The notes under the pieces were generated by a model. It was not told where the DNA came from, ran no database searches, and saw nothing but the letters and a program-made list of their open reading frames with translations. Positions 48,381 to 61,191 of a DNA stretch of 62,164 nucleotides are shown here, one piece after another (within the stretch, counting starts at the first letter, position 1; every line of letters starts with the position of its first letter). This DNA comes from Octopus bimaculoides (Eukaryota): NCBI RefSeq assembly GCF_001194135.2, contig NC_068997.1:51583462-51645625 (forward strand), read 5' to 3'. The position numbers and the translations under genes were made by a program.

Positions 48381-49432
48381 AACTAGAATATTCAGAAATG
48401 CATTTGTAAGACTTGGAATATGCATGCATATGTATGTAAATGTATGCCTATAAGTATAAACACACACATATATGTGAGTATACACATATACATACATATA
48501 TGCGAGTATGCACATAAACACGCATATTTATATACAAACAAACATATATATATATATATGTATATGTTTGTACATATGCATGCACACACGTATACACACA
48601 GATACACATATATATATATATGTATATATATAAGTTTATACATATATATACATACGTACATATATATATATATATATATANNNNNNNNNNGTCTGCATGT
48701 ATACACATACGTGTATAAGTTGGTACACATACTGAACACCATCTATTGATACATACACACGCACAAAAATAAACACACACACACACACGCACATACACAC
48801 ACAAACTTACACACGCACACACACGCACACACAGAGAAATACACACAAACACACACATATATATGTATCCTAACACACACAAAATCACGCACATACGTTT
48901 TATATTTCCGAACGTCTTATTTTTTTTATTCTTATTTCATATTTTATTAAAACGTAGAAATTTCCAAAAATACGGCAACGACTATCTCCTGTGTATGTTA
49001 TACAACTAATCTCGCTGTTGTTGTTGTTATTGTTATGATTTTCGTTGGAAGACTGGTTGTAATTTTCACTGTTGTAATTTTTGTTGTTGCTGTTGTCGTA
49101 CTATACAACACAACCCTTGCTTTTGTTTCTTTGATGAATAATTCTGAGATGAATGGGTGGAGCACTAAATAAAACTCTTTCTTCCTGTTATTCTTACAGT
49201 TTGTAACACCTGACTTGCGTTCTCCATTCATTTCACCCTCCTCCGACTTCTCCTCCTTCGCCTTTTCTTCACTTCCAATCTGCCATCCTCTTCCTCCTAC
49301 GAATCTCTCTTTTTATAATTATGTTTGTGTTTTTTCCTTCATCGTCTAAGGCAATCTGTGCAAGTCTATTTGTTATATGTGTATGTGTGCGTGTGTGTAT
49401 GTGTGATGCAATATTTGTACATGTATATATAA

Positions 49433-49509
<77 letters not shown>

Positions 49510-49985
49510 NNNNNNNNNNNNNNNNNNNNNNNNNNNNNNNNNNNNNNNNNNNNNNNNNNNNNNNNNNNNNNNNNNNNNNNNNNNNNNNNNNNNNNNNNNN
49601 NNNNNNNNNNNNNNNNNNNNNNNNNNNNNNNNNNNNNNNNNNNNNNNNNNNNNNNNNNNNNNNNNNNNNNNNNNNNNNNNNNNNNNNNNNNNNNNNNNNN
49701 NNNNNNNNNNNNNNNNNNNNNNNNNNNNNNNNNNNNNNNNNNNNNNNNNNNNNNNNNNNNNNNNNNNNNNNNNNNNNNNNNNNNNNNNNNNNNNNNNNNN
49801 NNNNNNNNNNNNNNNNNNNNNNNNNNNNNNNNNNNNNNNNNNNNNNNNNNNNNNNNNNNNNNNNNNNNNNNNNNNNNNNNNNNNNNNNNNNNNNNNNNNN
49901 NNNNNNNNNNNNNNNNNNNNNNNNNNNNNNNNNNNNNNNNNNNNNNNNNNNNNNNNNNNNNNNNNNNNNNNNNNNNNNNNNNNNN

Positions 49986-50025
<40 letters not shown>

Positions 50026-50084
50026 TCACCGACGCACTCATACGTATACACAAATATATATGATTACATATGGCTGTGGATGTA

Positions 50085-50240
50085 CGCGTGGCTGCCAGAT
50101 CGTGGGTTCGTTTCCTCGGAGTGTTGTTTTCTTGAGCAAAACACCTCGTTTCATATTGCACTACCGGTGGGAGAGTGGCAGTCTTTCGCGCGCATCGGCA
50201 AAAGTGTTTTCCGGTATACCTCTACATTCTGAGTTCAAAT
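50085..50240 (+). mobile_element. Chimeric SINE fragments (group D head and core, then a group C piece)
   Basis: GGGTTCGTTTCC..TTCTTGAGCAAAACAC followed by TTCTGAGTTCAAAT. Confidence 0.55.
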
Positions 50241-50517
50241 CGCACTCGGCTAGAACAGGCAATGGGAAACCAGTACTCATTCGATTGTAGTCATAGTAGC
50301 CCAAGTTCAGTTCCAGTAATCCACTTAAAAGCGGCAGGGGATGGTACAGATCCTCCTTTGGTCGTCGTATATAACCAGTTCAAGGGTAGATCACATAGAC
50401 ACGATTATCATGTCAAATTGTCAAAGCATGCTATTTGTTAATCCTATTTTGAGAATGAAGATAGGCTGAATTGCAAACCAGGATAATCAATTGGTATATA
50501 GACATACACACTCCCGC

Positions 50518-50576
<59 letters not shown>

Positions 50577-51246
50577 NNNNNNNNNNNNNNNNNNNNNNNN
50601 NNNNNNNNNNNNNNNNNNNNNNNNNNNNNNNNNNNNNNNNNNNNNNNNNNNNNNNNNNNNNNNNNNNNNNNNNNNNNNNNNNNNNNNNNNNNNNNNNNNN
50701 NNNNNNNNNNNNNNNNNNNNNNNNNNNNNNNNNNNNNNNNNNNNNNNNNNNNNNNNNNNNNNNNNNNNNNNNNNNNNNNNNNNNNNNNNNNNNNNNNNNN
50801 NNNNNNNNNNNNNNNNNNNNNNNNNNNNNNNNNNNNNNNNNNNNNNNNNNNNNNNNNNNNNNNNNNNNNNNNNNNNNNNNNNNNNNNNNNNNNNNNNNNN
50901 NNNNNNNNNNNNNNNNNNNNNNNNNNNNNNNNNNNNNNNNNNNNNNNNNNNNNNNNNNNNNNNNNNNNNNNNNNNNNNNNNNNNNNNNNNNNNNNNNNNN
51001 NNNNNNNNNNNNNNNNNNNNNNNNNNNNNNNNNNNNNNNNNNNNNNNNNNNNNNNNNNNNNNNNNNNNNNNNNNNNNNNNNNNNNNNNNNNNNNNNNNNN
51101 NNNNNNNNNNNNNNNNNNNNNNNNNNNNNNNNNNNNNNNNNNNNNNNNNNNNCAGTAGGCTGAAGTAATTGATAGATGAAATGGATGAAATAGAGGTACA
51201 TGGATGATTCTCTAGGTCTCTTCAGAAATTTCATATAAAGTTCCAT

Positions 51247-51528
51247 GGACTTTACAAGTCCAGGCAAGGTTGTTTATGGAAGACCAGCAGTCGCCCATGT
51301 ATACCGGTCTCCTTTCTCCACGCCACCAGTGTTATCCAAGGGAAAGGCAAAGGGGCCGATACAGCTTGGCACCTGTGACGTCGCAACTCATTTCTACAGC
51401 TGAGTGAACTAGAGCAACGTGAAATAAAGTGTCTTGCTCAAGAACACAACACGCAGCCTGGTCGGAGATACGAACTCACAACCTCACGATCGTAAGCTCG
51501 ACGTTATAACCACTAAGCCATGCGCCTT
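51247..51528 (-). mobile_element. SINE group D (tail type 1)
   Basis: Reverse-complement homologue of 6729-7030. Confidence 0.85.
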
Positions 51529-52004
51529 AACACACACACGCACACACACACACACACACACACATACACACACACACGCACGCACACACACACACACATA
51601 TACATATATTTTCATTGGATTATATATATAATAAGATGCCGTCCATATATACGCATCATTGTCATGCTCAAAGTTATATATTCAGAGATACGACACATTC
51701 CCACACAGAATTTCAACCCGAATATTACTGGTATCCATACCAATAATAGTATTCATGCCACAGAAGTAACAATGAATCCCGAAGGACTTATAGTTATTGA
51801 GACGCATATTACATAAAAGCAAATCAAACTGTGGATATGTTATTAGTGTTTGTGTGTGTGTACGTATATATGCATGTATGTATGAGATTAAGCTCAGAAT
51901 GGTACTGAACCCTCGATTTACAGGATGTCCTATGATACTGTTTATCTGCACCTTTGCCCCCATGTACATATGTATGGACAAACATATATGGACAAATATA
52001 TCAC

Positions 52005-52066
52005 ATAATATAATATGATATAATATAATATGATATAATATAATATGATATAATATAATATAATGT
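52005..52066. repeat. (ATAAT/ATATG)n pentanucleotide repeat
   Basis: Visible tandem array. Confidence 0.9.
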
Positions 52067-52106
52067 AATATATATATATATGTATATCTGTATATATATA
52101 TATACG

Positions 52107-52139
<33 letters not shown>

Positions 52140-53083
52140 TGTTGTATTTGGGGATGGTCATGTTGCCAGTTTATATAAACGTATATGTATGAATATATAT
52201 ATATATNNNNNNNNNNNNNNNNNNNNNNNNNNNNNNNNNNNNNNNNNNNNNNNNNNNNNNNNNNNNNNNNNNNNNNNNNNNNNNNNNNNNNNNNNNNNNN
52301 NNNNNNNNNNNNNNNNNNNNNNNNNNNNNNNNNNNNNNNNNNNNNNNNNNNNNNNNNNNNNNNNNNNNNNNNNNNNNNNNNNNNNNNNNNNNNNNNNNNN
52401 NNNNNNNNNNNNNNNNNNNNNNNNNNNNNNNNNNNNNNNNNNNNNNNNNNNNNNNNNNNNNNNNNNNNNNNNNNNNNNNNNNNNNNNNNNNNNNNNNNNN
52501 NNNNNTATATATATGTCCATTGAGAAAATAGTTTCTCATTGGGTGAAGCTAACAAGATAGATAATTTCCGGTAGGATTAATTTGAAGACATAATTTGTTT
52601 GTGAAGCTAAACGTTGAATATGTTTGCTAATATAATTTTCTTGATCAGCGTTCGGTTAATGTTTGAACAGATTCCCTCTCTATGTAAGGTAAACAATTTG
52701 AAGGTCTTGTGAATATTTTGAGATTTCATTTCATATTTGAATGCTTATTGCCGAAATTTGCGGTTATATTTTCTAAGTATTTTTCTGTTGTATGAGAAGC
52801 CCTTTGTTTTATATAAATATGGTACAAAATGTGTTATTTTTCCTTAATAGTTCAATAACTTTCAAACCTTAATAATAAGAACCTTAAAATATCGATGGCA
52901 GAATAAAAACAGGAATTGCAACAAATATAATCTGAAATGAAATCTATATCTGAAAAATAGAAGGAAGAGGTGGCACATTGAAAATTTAGAAGGGAAGGGG
53001 AAAGAGAACAAGGAAAAAAGAAAAAGAAAGCCACAAAAGGAAAAAAAGAAAAGGAAAGAAACGATAGTTTATAAACAGTTTAT

Positions 53084-53316
53084 AAGGCGGCGAGCTGGCA
53101 GAAACGTTAGCACGCCGAGCGAAATGCTTAGCGGTATTTCGTCTGTCGCTACGTTCTGAGTTCAAATTCCGCCGTGGTCGACTTTGCCTTTCATCCTTTC
53201 GGGGTCGATAAATTAAGTACCAGTTACGCACTGGGATCGATGTAATCGCTTTAATCCCTTTGTCTGTCCTTGTTTGTCCCCTCTGTGTGTAGCCCCTTGT
53301 GGGCAGTAAAAGAAAT
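53084..53316 (+). mobile_element. Young full-length SINE group C with a 22-bp target-site duplication
   Basis: AAGAAACGATAGTTTATAAACA at 53056-53077 and 53317-53338. Confidence 0.93.
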
Positions 53317-53942
53317 AAGAAACGATAGTTTATAAACATTTGAATTGCGTACATATGTGTCTAAAGATGTATAACCCAAATGCGTATCAGTTGCTTCGCA
53401 TAGCGTTTGCCTTTCACAATAATCTATGATTTAGTGTCCAAGTTGAGACTAACTTTATACAGCTTTTTAATTCTTCTTCTTTGGTTTCCTGTTTATAACG
53501 TCTGTTTCCTTACTTGAATGTCTTAGTATTTTCAATAATTCTGTAAAAGAGCAATTCCATTATTCCTTTTTAGAGCTGCTCTGACATTGACGAGTGGTCA
53601 AAGTTTCCTCCAGAAATATGGATGGTGTTAGTTACAGTGTTGGATTTTGACCGTGTATTTGATTTAGCTCCCTTAAACATCATGGCCAGAAATCTAAGGG
53701 TAGCTACACATTTTCGAATGTTAAGTATTACAGGTTAATTAAACTTAATTGCACATATTTAATGTCGCAATGTGTAGATATGGACACCAAAATAAAAGTG
53801 TATAAAATCGTCAGATTTCAGATTTAATCGTGAAGGAAAAGTAAACATATTAAGAGAGAATCCGTATAAATATTGCTTCTGTTTGTTTTAGCAGATAAAT
53901 ATATACTAAGAAATAAACAAGCTTTGTGGATGTGGAGGTATG

Positions 53943-53989
<47 letters not shown>

Positions 53990-54049
53990 GCGTATATATG
54001 TGTGACTCTTTACATGTGCATATATGTGTGTATGTTTGTGGGGTGTCTC

Positions 54050-54082
<33 letters not shown>

Positions 54083-54215
54083 CATACAGTTGGTCCTTAT
54101 TTGTATTTGTGTAGGTGTTCTGAAATAAATATCTGTATGTATATTGTTGCATCTAGAGAAGCGCAGATGATGTCTATCTATCTATCTGTCTGCCTGTTTG
54201 TCTGTCTGTCTGTCC

Positions 54216-54285
<70 letters not shown>

Positions 54286-55099
54286 CTATCTATCCATGTG
54301 TCTGTTCGTCTGTCTGCCTAACTTTATATATATANNNNNNNNNNNNNNNNNNNNNNNNNNNNNNNNNNNNNNNNNNNNNNNNNNNNNNNNNNNNNNNNNN
54401 NNNNNNNNNNNNNNNNNNNNNNNNNNNNNNNNNNNNNNNNNNNNNNNNNNNNNNNNNNNNNNNNNNNNNNNNNNNNNNNNNNNNNNNNNNNNNNNNNNNN
54501 NNNNNNNNNNNNNNNNNNNNNNNNNNNNNNNNNNNNNNNNNNNNNNNNNNNNNNNNNNNNNNNNNNNNNNNNNNNNNNNNNNNNNNNNNNNNNNNNNNNN
54601 NNNNNNNNNNNNNNNNNNNNNNNNNNNNNNNNNNNNNNNNNNNNNNNNNNNNNNNNNNNNNNNNNNNNNNNNNNNNNNNNNNNNNNNNNNNNNNNNNNNN
54701 NNNNNNNNNNNNTATAGATAGATATACATACATACATACAAACGTAGATATATACATACGTACGTACGAACATACATGCATATATACACATACATATACA
54801 TATAAATCTTCATTTCTAATAATCGGTTCTTTCTCTGCTATACGTATGTATCTTACATGAAAGAGCCTGTCTGCACATATGCATGTTGTTTCGTATTTGT
54901 TTAGGTGTTTAACCGAGAAATAAGCAGTAAATTTACAAATATAAAATTCACATTTGTTCATTAACAAACGCAGAGGCCTCTTTTGATAATTTCAAGCTGT
55001 ATTTATATAATTCTTCATACAGGTGTGCATGTGTGCGTGTGTGTGCTCAAGAATAAAACCGTGGTAACAAATATGCAATCACTGGTAAATTTAATCTTT

Positions 55100-55500
55100 T
55101 ATCGTTTACTTGTTTCTGTCACTGGACTACGACCATGCTGGAGCACCACTTCGAATGGTTTCAGTTGAACCAATTACCATCAGAGCGTATATTTCAGAAT
55201 GGTACTTATTCTATCAGTCTCTGTGCCTAACCATTAGCTTACAAAGATATAAACAAACCAATATTGTTGGTGAAGTGAGGCATGTTGGTGGAGGTAATGG
55301 TAGTGCGGGTAAGCACAAGAACAAAGACGCACAAATATATACACATATAAGCTTCTACGCAGTTTCCATCCATCATAATCCCTTACGAGGTATCGGTCAT
55401 CACGAAACTATAGTAAAAGACACTTGCCCAAGATGCCATGTAGCAGGACTGAACCTGAAACCACGTAGTTGTCAAGCGACCTTCTTAACCACACAGCTGT
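55100..55500 (-). mobile_element. SINE group A, full length, diverged
   Basis: Tail CTTGTTTCTGTC..CCATGCTGGAGCACC; head GACACTTGCCCAAGATGCCATGTAGCAGGACTGAACC..CTTCTTAACCACACAGC. Confidence 0.8.
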
Positions 55501-55538
55501 GATGGTGTCATATATTTAAGCAAATGTAGAAGTGAACA

Positions 55539-56052
55539 ATGACGGAAATATGAGAGACATATTTATCGTTTCAGTTCTTAGCGTCTTCTTTTCCGGTTTC
55601 TGTGCTGAGAGGAGATATCCACTCCGAAATACACGCATCGAAATCCGGTTAAGGAGTGCTGTGAATTTGTCCACGACGAGAAATTTTCTCTATCATTAAA
55701 TACAGTGAATGGCTTTCTTACGAGTTCGAATAGGCCTCAAGCGTATCTGAACTGGTAACAAGTTTGCACTTATAAAAACATCTCTGTCAAGCGCTATCAC
55801 CCCTTATCTTATTTACAGCAAATCGCTGGATAGCGCAACCAGTCATTGAAAGATGACGGAAATATCATCGGAGGAACCTGCCTCTCGGATCAGTTCGTTG
55901 CGCCTGACTTACCGGTCTCTGTTGCTGAAGAGGAGATAACCACTCCGAAATGCATGTAACGAATAGTCTCGTTAGCGGGCGCTATGAATTTTCTGCTTAA
56001 CAATGTACATTCAAGGGATATCTAGCGGGTTCGAACAAGCCTCAACGTTAGG
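55539..56052 (+). mobile_element. Two tandem PLE pLTR-like units of about 315 bp, each with a hammerhead-like motif
   Basis: Shared ATGACGGAAATAT, CCGGT.TCTG.TGCTGA(A)GAGGAGATA.CCACTCCGAAAT and GTTCGAA.A.GCCTCAA. Confidence 0.6.
55921..55960 (+). ncRNA. Hammerhead-like motif with an intact core but G at the cleavage position
   Basis: GUUG-CUGAAGA-GGAG(AUAACCA)CUCC-GAAA-UGCA-UG-UAAC; the sister copy at 55601-55639 lacks one core nucleotide. Confidence 0.6.
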
Positions 56053-56721
56053 ATTCTGATACACAGATAAGCGAATGAACATATGGATACATGAAATCAT
56101 GAGTGAATGAAAGAATAAGCGAATGGAAAACGTGAACAAATGAATGAGTGAAAGAAGGAGAGTACGAGTATAGGCATGAGTGAATGGTTAAGAATATTGA
56201 TGATTGAATAGGAGAATCGATGGACGAACGGAATCGATGAATCGGTCGTGGCACGACCAAATCGAGATTTGTGACGATTAGTCGATAAAGGAATGACGCG
56301 AACAAGCTCTGAAAGAAGAGCAGAGAGGAGACCTAAAAGGAATGGTTTTGCGATTAAATATGGTGTGTGTGTGTGTGGGGGGGGTATGTGTGTGTGTGTA
56401 TCTGTCTGCCTGTGGGTGTATATGTGTGTGAGGGGGGATGTCGTTGTGTGTATGGACATGTGTGCGTATATGTGTGTGTGTATGCATCTGGATGTCATTG
56501 TGTGTGTTGTGCGTGTTTGTGTGCGTATGTCTGCGTATATAGCTGTGTGGGTGTACGTGTGTGTGTGTGTGTGCGTGTGTGTGTGTGTGTGTGAAAAGTC
56601 ATAAATTTTACACAATTGCAAAATCTGGCGTTTCCATTGTAAAACACAGGCAAAACAATATCAACAAATAAATAAAAAATGTGAGATAAAAACAAACAAC
56701 GGCAGTAATGAGAAGACAAAA

Positions 56722-56724
56722 TAC

Positions 56725-56770
<46 letters not shown>

Positions 56771-56843
56771 TAATAATAATAATGATGATGATGCCGACGA
56801 CGACGACAACAACTTCAACAACAACAATAACAGCAACAACTAA

Positions 56844-56908
<65 letters not shown>
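56722..56908. repeat. (AAT)n/(GAC)n/(AAC)n compound microsatellite
   Basis: Visible tandem arrays. Confidence 0.95.
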
Positions 56909-56909
56909 T

Positions 56910-57110
56910 GATTTTAAATTTTGGCACAAGGCCAGCAATTTCAGGGAGAAGATAAGTTGATTATATCGACCCCAGTGTCCACCTGGTAGTAATTTTTATC
57001 GACGCTGAGACGATGAAAGGCAAAGTTGACTCTGGCGGAATTTGAACTCCGATCGTAAAGACGGACGAAATGTCGCTAAGCATTTTGCCCAGCGTGCTAA
57101 GGATTGTGCC
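56910..57110 (-). mobile_element. SINE group C with an (ATT)n tail
   Basis: TTTAAATTTTGGCACAAGGCCAGCAATTTC...GGCGGAATTTGAACTCCG..GACGAAATGTCGCTAAGCATTTTGCCC. Confidence 0.85.
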
Positions 57111-57169
57111 CCATTGTTCGACAAGTACTTATTTTATTGACCCCGAAGTAATAACAGTAATAATAATAA

Positions 57170-57480
57170 TCTGTTCTACTATAGGCACAAGTCCGGAAAT
57201 CTCCGCGGTGCGGGGCAGAGGGTCGATTATATCGACTTAGATGCTCAGATGGTACTTAGCTTATCGACCCTAAAATGTTAAAAGTTAAAGGCGACCTTGG
57301 CGGAATTTGAAATCTATACGTCAAGCCGTTAAGCATTTAGTCCGTGGTGTTAATGGTTCTGCCAGCTTGCAGCCTTGGACAAAGTGCTTAACGGTATTTC
57401 GCCCGTCTTTACGTTCCGAGTTGAAAATTGGTCTTTCATCTCCTTACGGTTGATCAATTAAGTACCAGTAGTGTATTGGT
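57170..57480. mobile_element. SINE group C (minus, 57170-57375) followed by an inverted fragment (plus)
   Basis: GGCGACCTTGGCGGAATTTGAAA, then GCTTAACGGTATTTCGCCCGTCTTTACGTTCCGAGTTG. Confidence 0.7.
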
Positions 57481-57657
57481 GGTAATCTTGGTGGTGACTG
57501 TGTGTGTGTGTNNNNNNNNNNNNNNNNNNNNNNNNNNNNNNNNNNNNNNNNNNNNNNNNNNNNNNNNNNNNNNNNNNNNNNNNNNNNNNNNNNNNNNNNN
57601 NNNNNNNNNNNNNNNNNNNNNNNNNNNNNNNNNNNNNNNNNNNNNNNNGTGCTTATA

Positions 57658-57689
<32 letters not shown>

Positions 57690-57702
57690 TTAAAATACTA
57701 CT

Positions 57703-57790
<88 letters not shown>

Positions 57791-57842
57791 TTCTTATTGT
57801 TATTGTTATTATTGTTATTATTGTTATTATTGTTATTATTAT
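57658..57842. repeat. (AAT)n/(ACT)n/(ATT)n compound microsatellite
   Basis: Visible tandem arrays. Confidence 0.95.
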
Positions 57843-58489
57843 CATGATAGACTTAAGAGAAGAGGCAGCCGTGACGGTAGAAGGCACGTGACTTTAGTAT
57901 GTAATTGTTGTCTACTATGTTTTCGCTTTGGAACATCTGTCAGACAAAGAAATAAAAGTGAAATAGCAATAACAAGCGATGAATTCTCTCTAAATTTGTC
58001 ATAACGTCTCAAAAGATATTAGTGCTTTGTAAAAAATATCACCGTTATGTTAAGGCATACCGAAAAGTCGTCCAATGTCATCCAAGGTCACGTCAACACG
58101 AAAACAAACACATGCACACGTACACACAGATACAATCGCGCACCCATTTTTTATATTCACATATAAGGGGCGACTTTATATTTATGTGTTCATTGCTTTT
58201 TTTTTTCTCAAAGAGAAAGGGTTGGTTCCTAAGTGAAAAAACAAAGTGCTTTCGTTGGAATTTAGACATCATCTACAGTTAACCGTATAAAATTACATAC
58301 TCAAGTCCCTACCACACCCTTAAGAAAGTGGAGAAAACCACCGGCCCTTAAAAAAGAAAACGAAGATAAAATCTAGTTGTTTGAAAGCTATTTAGAATTT
58401 TAACGTTTATAAATTCACATAGCTGCTTACGCACATAGATACACATGGATACAATCTCTCTCTCTCTTCTCTCTCTCTTTCTTTCTCTC

Positions 58490-58528
<39 letters not shown>

Positions 58529-58639
58529 CATACACAGGCGCAGGCAAACATACACACTTCTGCACTTACGCTCTCAGGCACACGTGCAAACACATGCACA
58601 CACACACAAACACATGCACACGCATACGCATACACCCTT

Positions 58640-58686
<47 letters not shown>

Positions 58687-58687
<1 letters not shown>

Positions 58688-58820
58688 AGTTGAGCCTTGA
58701 TTTTCGAACAACTCTGATTGCAAATAAATCGTGCTTTATCTTCTGTTTTCCTTATTTTCATTTAATGCAGTAGGACTTCGCTTTACGAATGTCTCTGATC
58801 ACGAATAAATCGTGCTTTAT
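58687..58820 (+). repeat. Two direct 53-bp repeats (period 81 bp) resembling pogo/Tigger left ends
   Basis: CAGTTGAGCCTTGATTTTCGAAC..AATAAATCGTGCTTTAT versus CAGTAGGACTTCGCTTTACGAAT..AATAAATCGTGCTTTAT. Confidence 0.5.
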
Positions 58821-60502
58821 ACTAGGTACTATTGCCGAAGCGTCGTTCTTATAAATGATCTAATATGACATAGTCGGGCACTGAAAGAAATATCTACATG
58901 GTTATATTATGTTAGCTAAGGGAGACAGCCATTATGTTCCCACACATAAAAAGCTTTCACGTGGACTATGTTGACACCAGTAAGAAACAATTATGAACTT
59001 TTCATTTAATTACACTTTTAAAAATATGTATTTTTGATAAGGTTCGTTTTTTCAAGAAGAACTGAAACATGTAAAATATCTCTAAGAAAATTAAAATTTA
59101 TCTTATATAGTGGCGTTTTCAAACTTCTTTTTTATAAATATATACCCACTCGTATGCCATTAGACTTTTTATCAATATGTATATACATATATATATATNN
59201 NNNNNNNNNNNNNNNNNNNNNNNNNNNNNNNNNNNNNNNNNNNNNNNNNNNNNNNNNNNNNNNNNNNNNNNNNNNNNNNNNNNNNNNNNNNNNNNNNNNN
59301 NNNNNNNNNNNNNNNNNNNNNNNNNNNNNNNNNNNNNNNNNNNNNNNNNNNNNNNNNNNNNNNNNNNNNNNNNNNNNNNNNNNNNNNNNNNNNNNNNNNN
59401 NNNNNNNNNNNNNNNNNNNNNNNNNNNNNNNNNNNNNNNNNNNNNNNNNNNNNNNNNNNNNNNNNNNNNNNNNNNNNNNNNNNNNNNNNNNNNNNNNNNN
59501 NNNNNNNNNNNNNNNNNNNNNNNNNNNNNNNNNNNNNNNNNNNNNNNNNNNNNNNNNNNNNNNNNNNNNNNNNNNNNNNNNNNNNNNNNNNNNNNNNNNN
59601 NNNNNNNNNNNNNNNNNNNNTATATATATATATATATACATGTATGTAGATATGTATGCATGTATGTATGTATGTATGTATGTATGTGATTCATGTTCCC
59701 ATAACCTACCAGTAAAAAAGTTTGATTGATTAAATAGAAAACTTACAATATAGGCACTGTCGTCCATTTGCTTCCAGGTAACCTCGTTTCTGTGGTACTC
59801 TAGCGTGGCTGCAGTTCAATGACTGAAACAAGGAAACGATAAAAGAAAATATAAAAACTATCAGAAAATATCCCCATTCCGTTATTTTAATAAACTTTCC
59901 TCTGAGCTCTCTCTCCTGAATATCCTTGCTTGTTTTCGGACTTCTAGTTAGCCCTTGTTTCAGATGTTCTTACTAATATAAAGCTCTCCTTCCATAAGTC
60001 TCAAGTTACTCTGTTGGTTGGCAAAAAAAATGGGAATATGCATCATATATAATGCATGGACCTCAGGTAAATATGTCCTTTGTAGAGTGTGTGATACACA
60101 GGGTAAGTAAAGGATTAATTCGACAGCAGAATACTCTGTACTTGTAATGATATAAAGTGGCCAAGAAATAAGTATAAATGCACATGAGTGCTTTGAAACC
60201 CGCTGTCGATGTGTAGGAGCGGCCACTAATATTCAGGAAAGCCGAATATTGTAAGACTGAGATTGTGTGTACCATTCTGTCAATCAACAGTGAGGAAATG
60301 AAATTGTATAAGGCGAATAGAATATGTTTGTTCTGAGACGTCATGATGCTGGGTAACACAGATGGCGAGAAAGTGAATTTAAAATTGTAATTTTGTAAAG
60401 AGAATTACTATTTACATTGGTGATGAGGGAATGGTCTGTTAGAAATGCGTCTACGATCAACGTAATCATCGATCAAGCCTAGCGGAGGATAAGTGGCATC
60501 AA

Positions 60503-60538
<36 letters not shown>

Positions 60539-60989
60539 TGGAGTCGTTGAGATAAAGTTGTTTCATGAATTTACAAATGACTCCAGGCAGACCTCTACAT
60601 GTAAGACCCAAATAACTGTGTTTTAATCAAACAGGTTCATTTAGAATAATTCAACGTTTCGGAAATGTCATTAATAAAAACAAACAATGACAAAAAACAA
60701 CGACAAAAATGTTACGTTGGTAAAATTCAATTTCGTACCGTGATGGAGACGTTGGTTTCTTTTGGGAGTTTTCATCATTGATGCTGATCCCCCACCACCA
60801 TTTTTCTGTCTGTACAATGGCTGTTTGGTTCCATAAAAAGATGGTATTGCTGCTGCTGCTGCTTTTGCGTTCATTAACTGCTCCTCAGAAGTTGTAGATA
60901 AAAGAAGTCAGGTTTATAGACGTTTTTCTCTCTTTTTTATACGAATGTATTTTTTTTAAATTCAAATTTAAAAAAAAAAATCTTAAGTA

Positions 60990-61060
60990 TTGGGGTCGAT
61001 TCATTCGACTAAAACTTCTTCAAGGCGGTACCCCAGCATGGCCGCAGTCTAATAAAAGGT
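60990..61060 (+). mobile_element. SINE group A tail
   Basis: GGGGTCGATTCATTCGACTAAAACTTCTTCAAGGCGGTACCCCAGCATGGCCGCAGTCTAAT. Confidence 0.8.
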
Positions 61061-61160
61061 AAAAGATAATGCAGTACTGTTAACGTTCACCTACATAACA
61101 GTGCACTGTTAATTTCCACCGAATCATCATTCGTAGACGNNNNNNNNNNNNNNNTATATA

Positions 61161-61191
<31 letters not shown>

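Noticed and set aside
51188-51235. K*RYMDDSLGLFRN, an RT-like YxDD motif
   Set aside because: Isolated short motif beside a gap, bounded by stops, with no other RT motif nearby.
581-61060. tRNA genes or a CRISPR array
   Set aside because: The A/B-box sequences are SINE heads without a full cloverleaf; the repeats are dispersed, not regularly spaced direct repeats with spacers.
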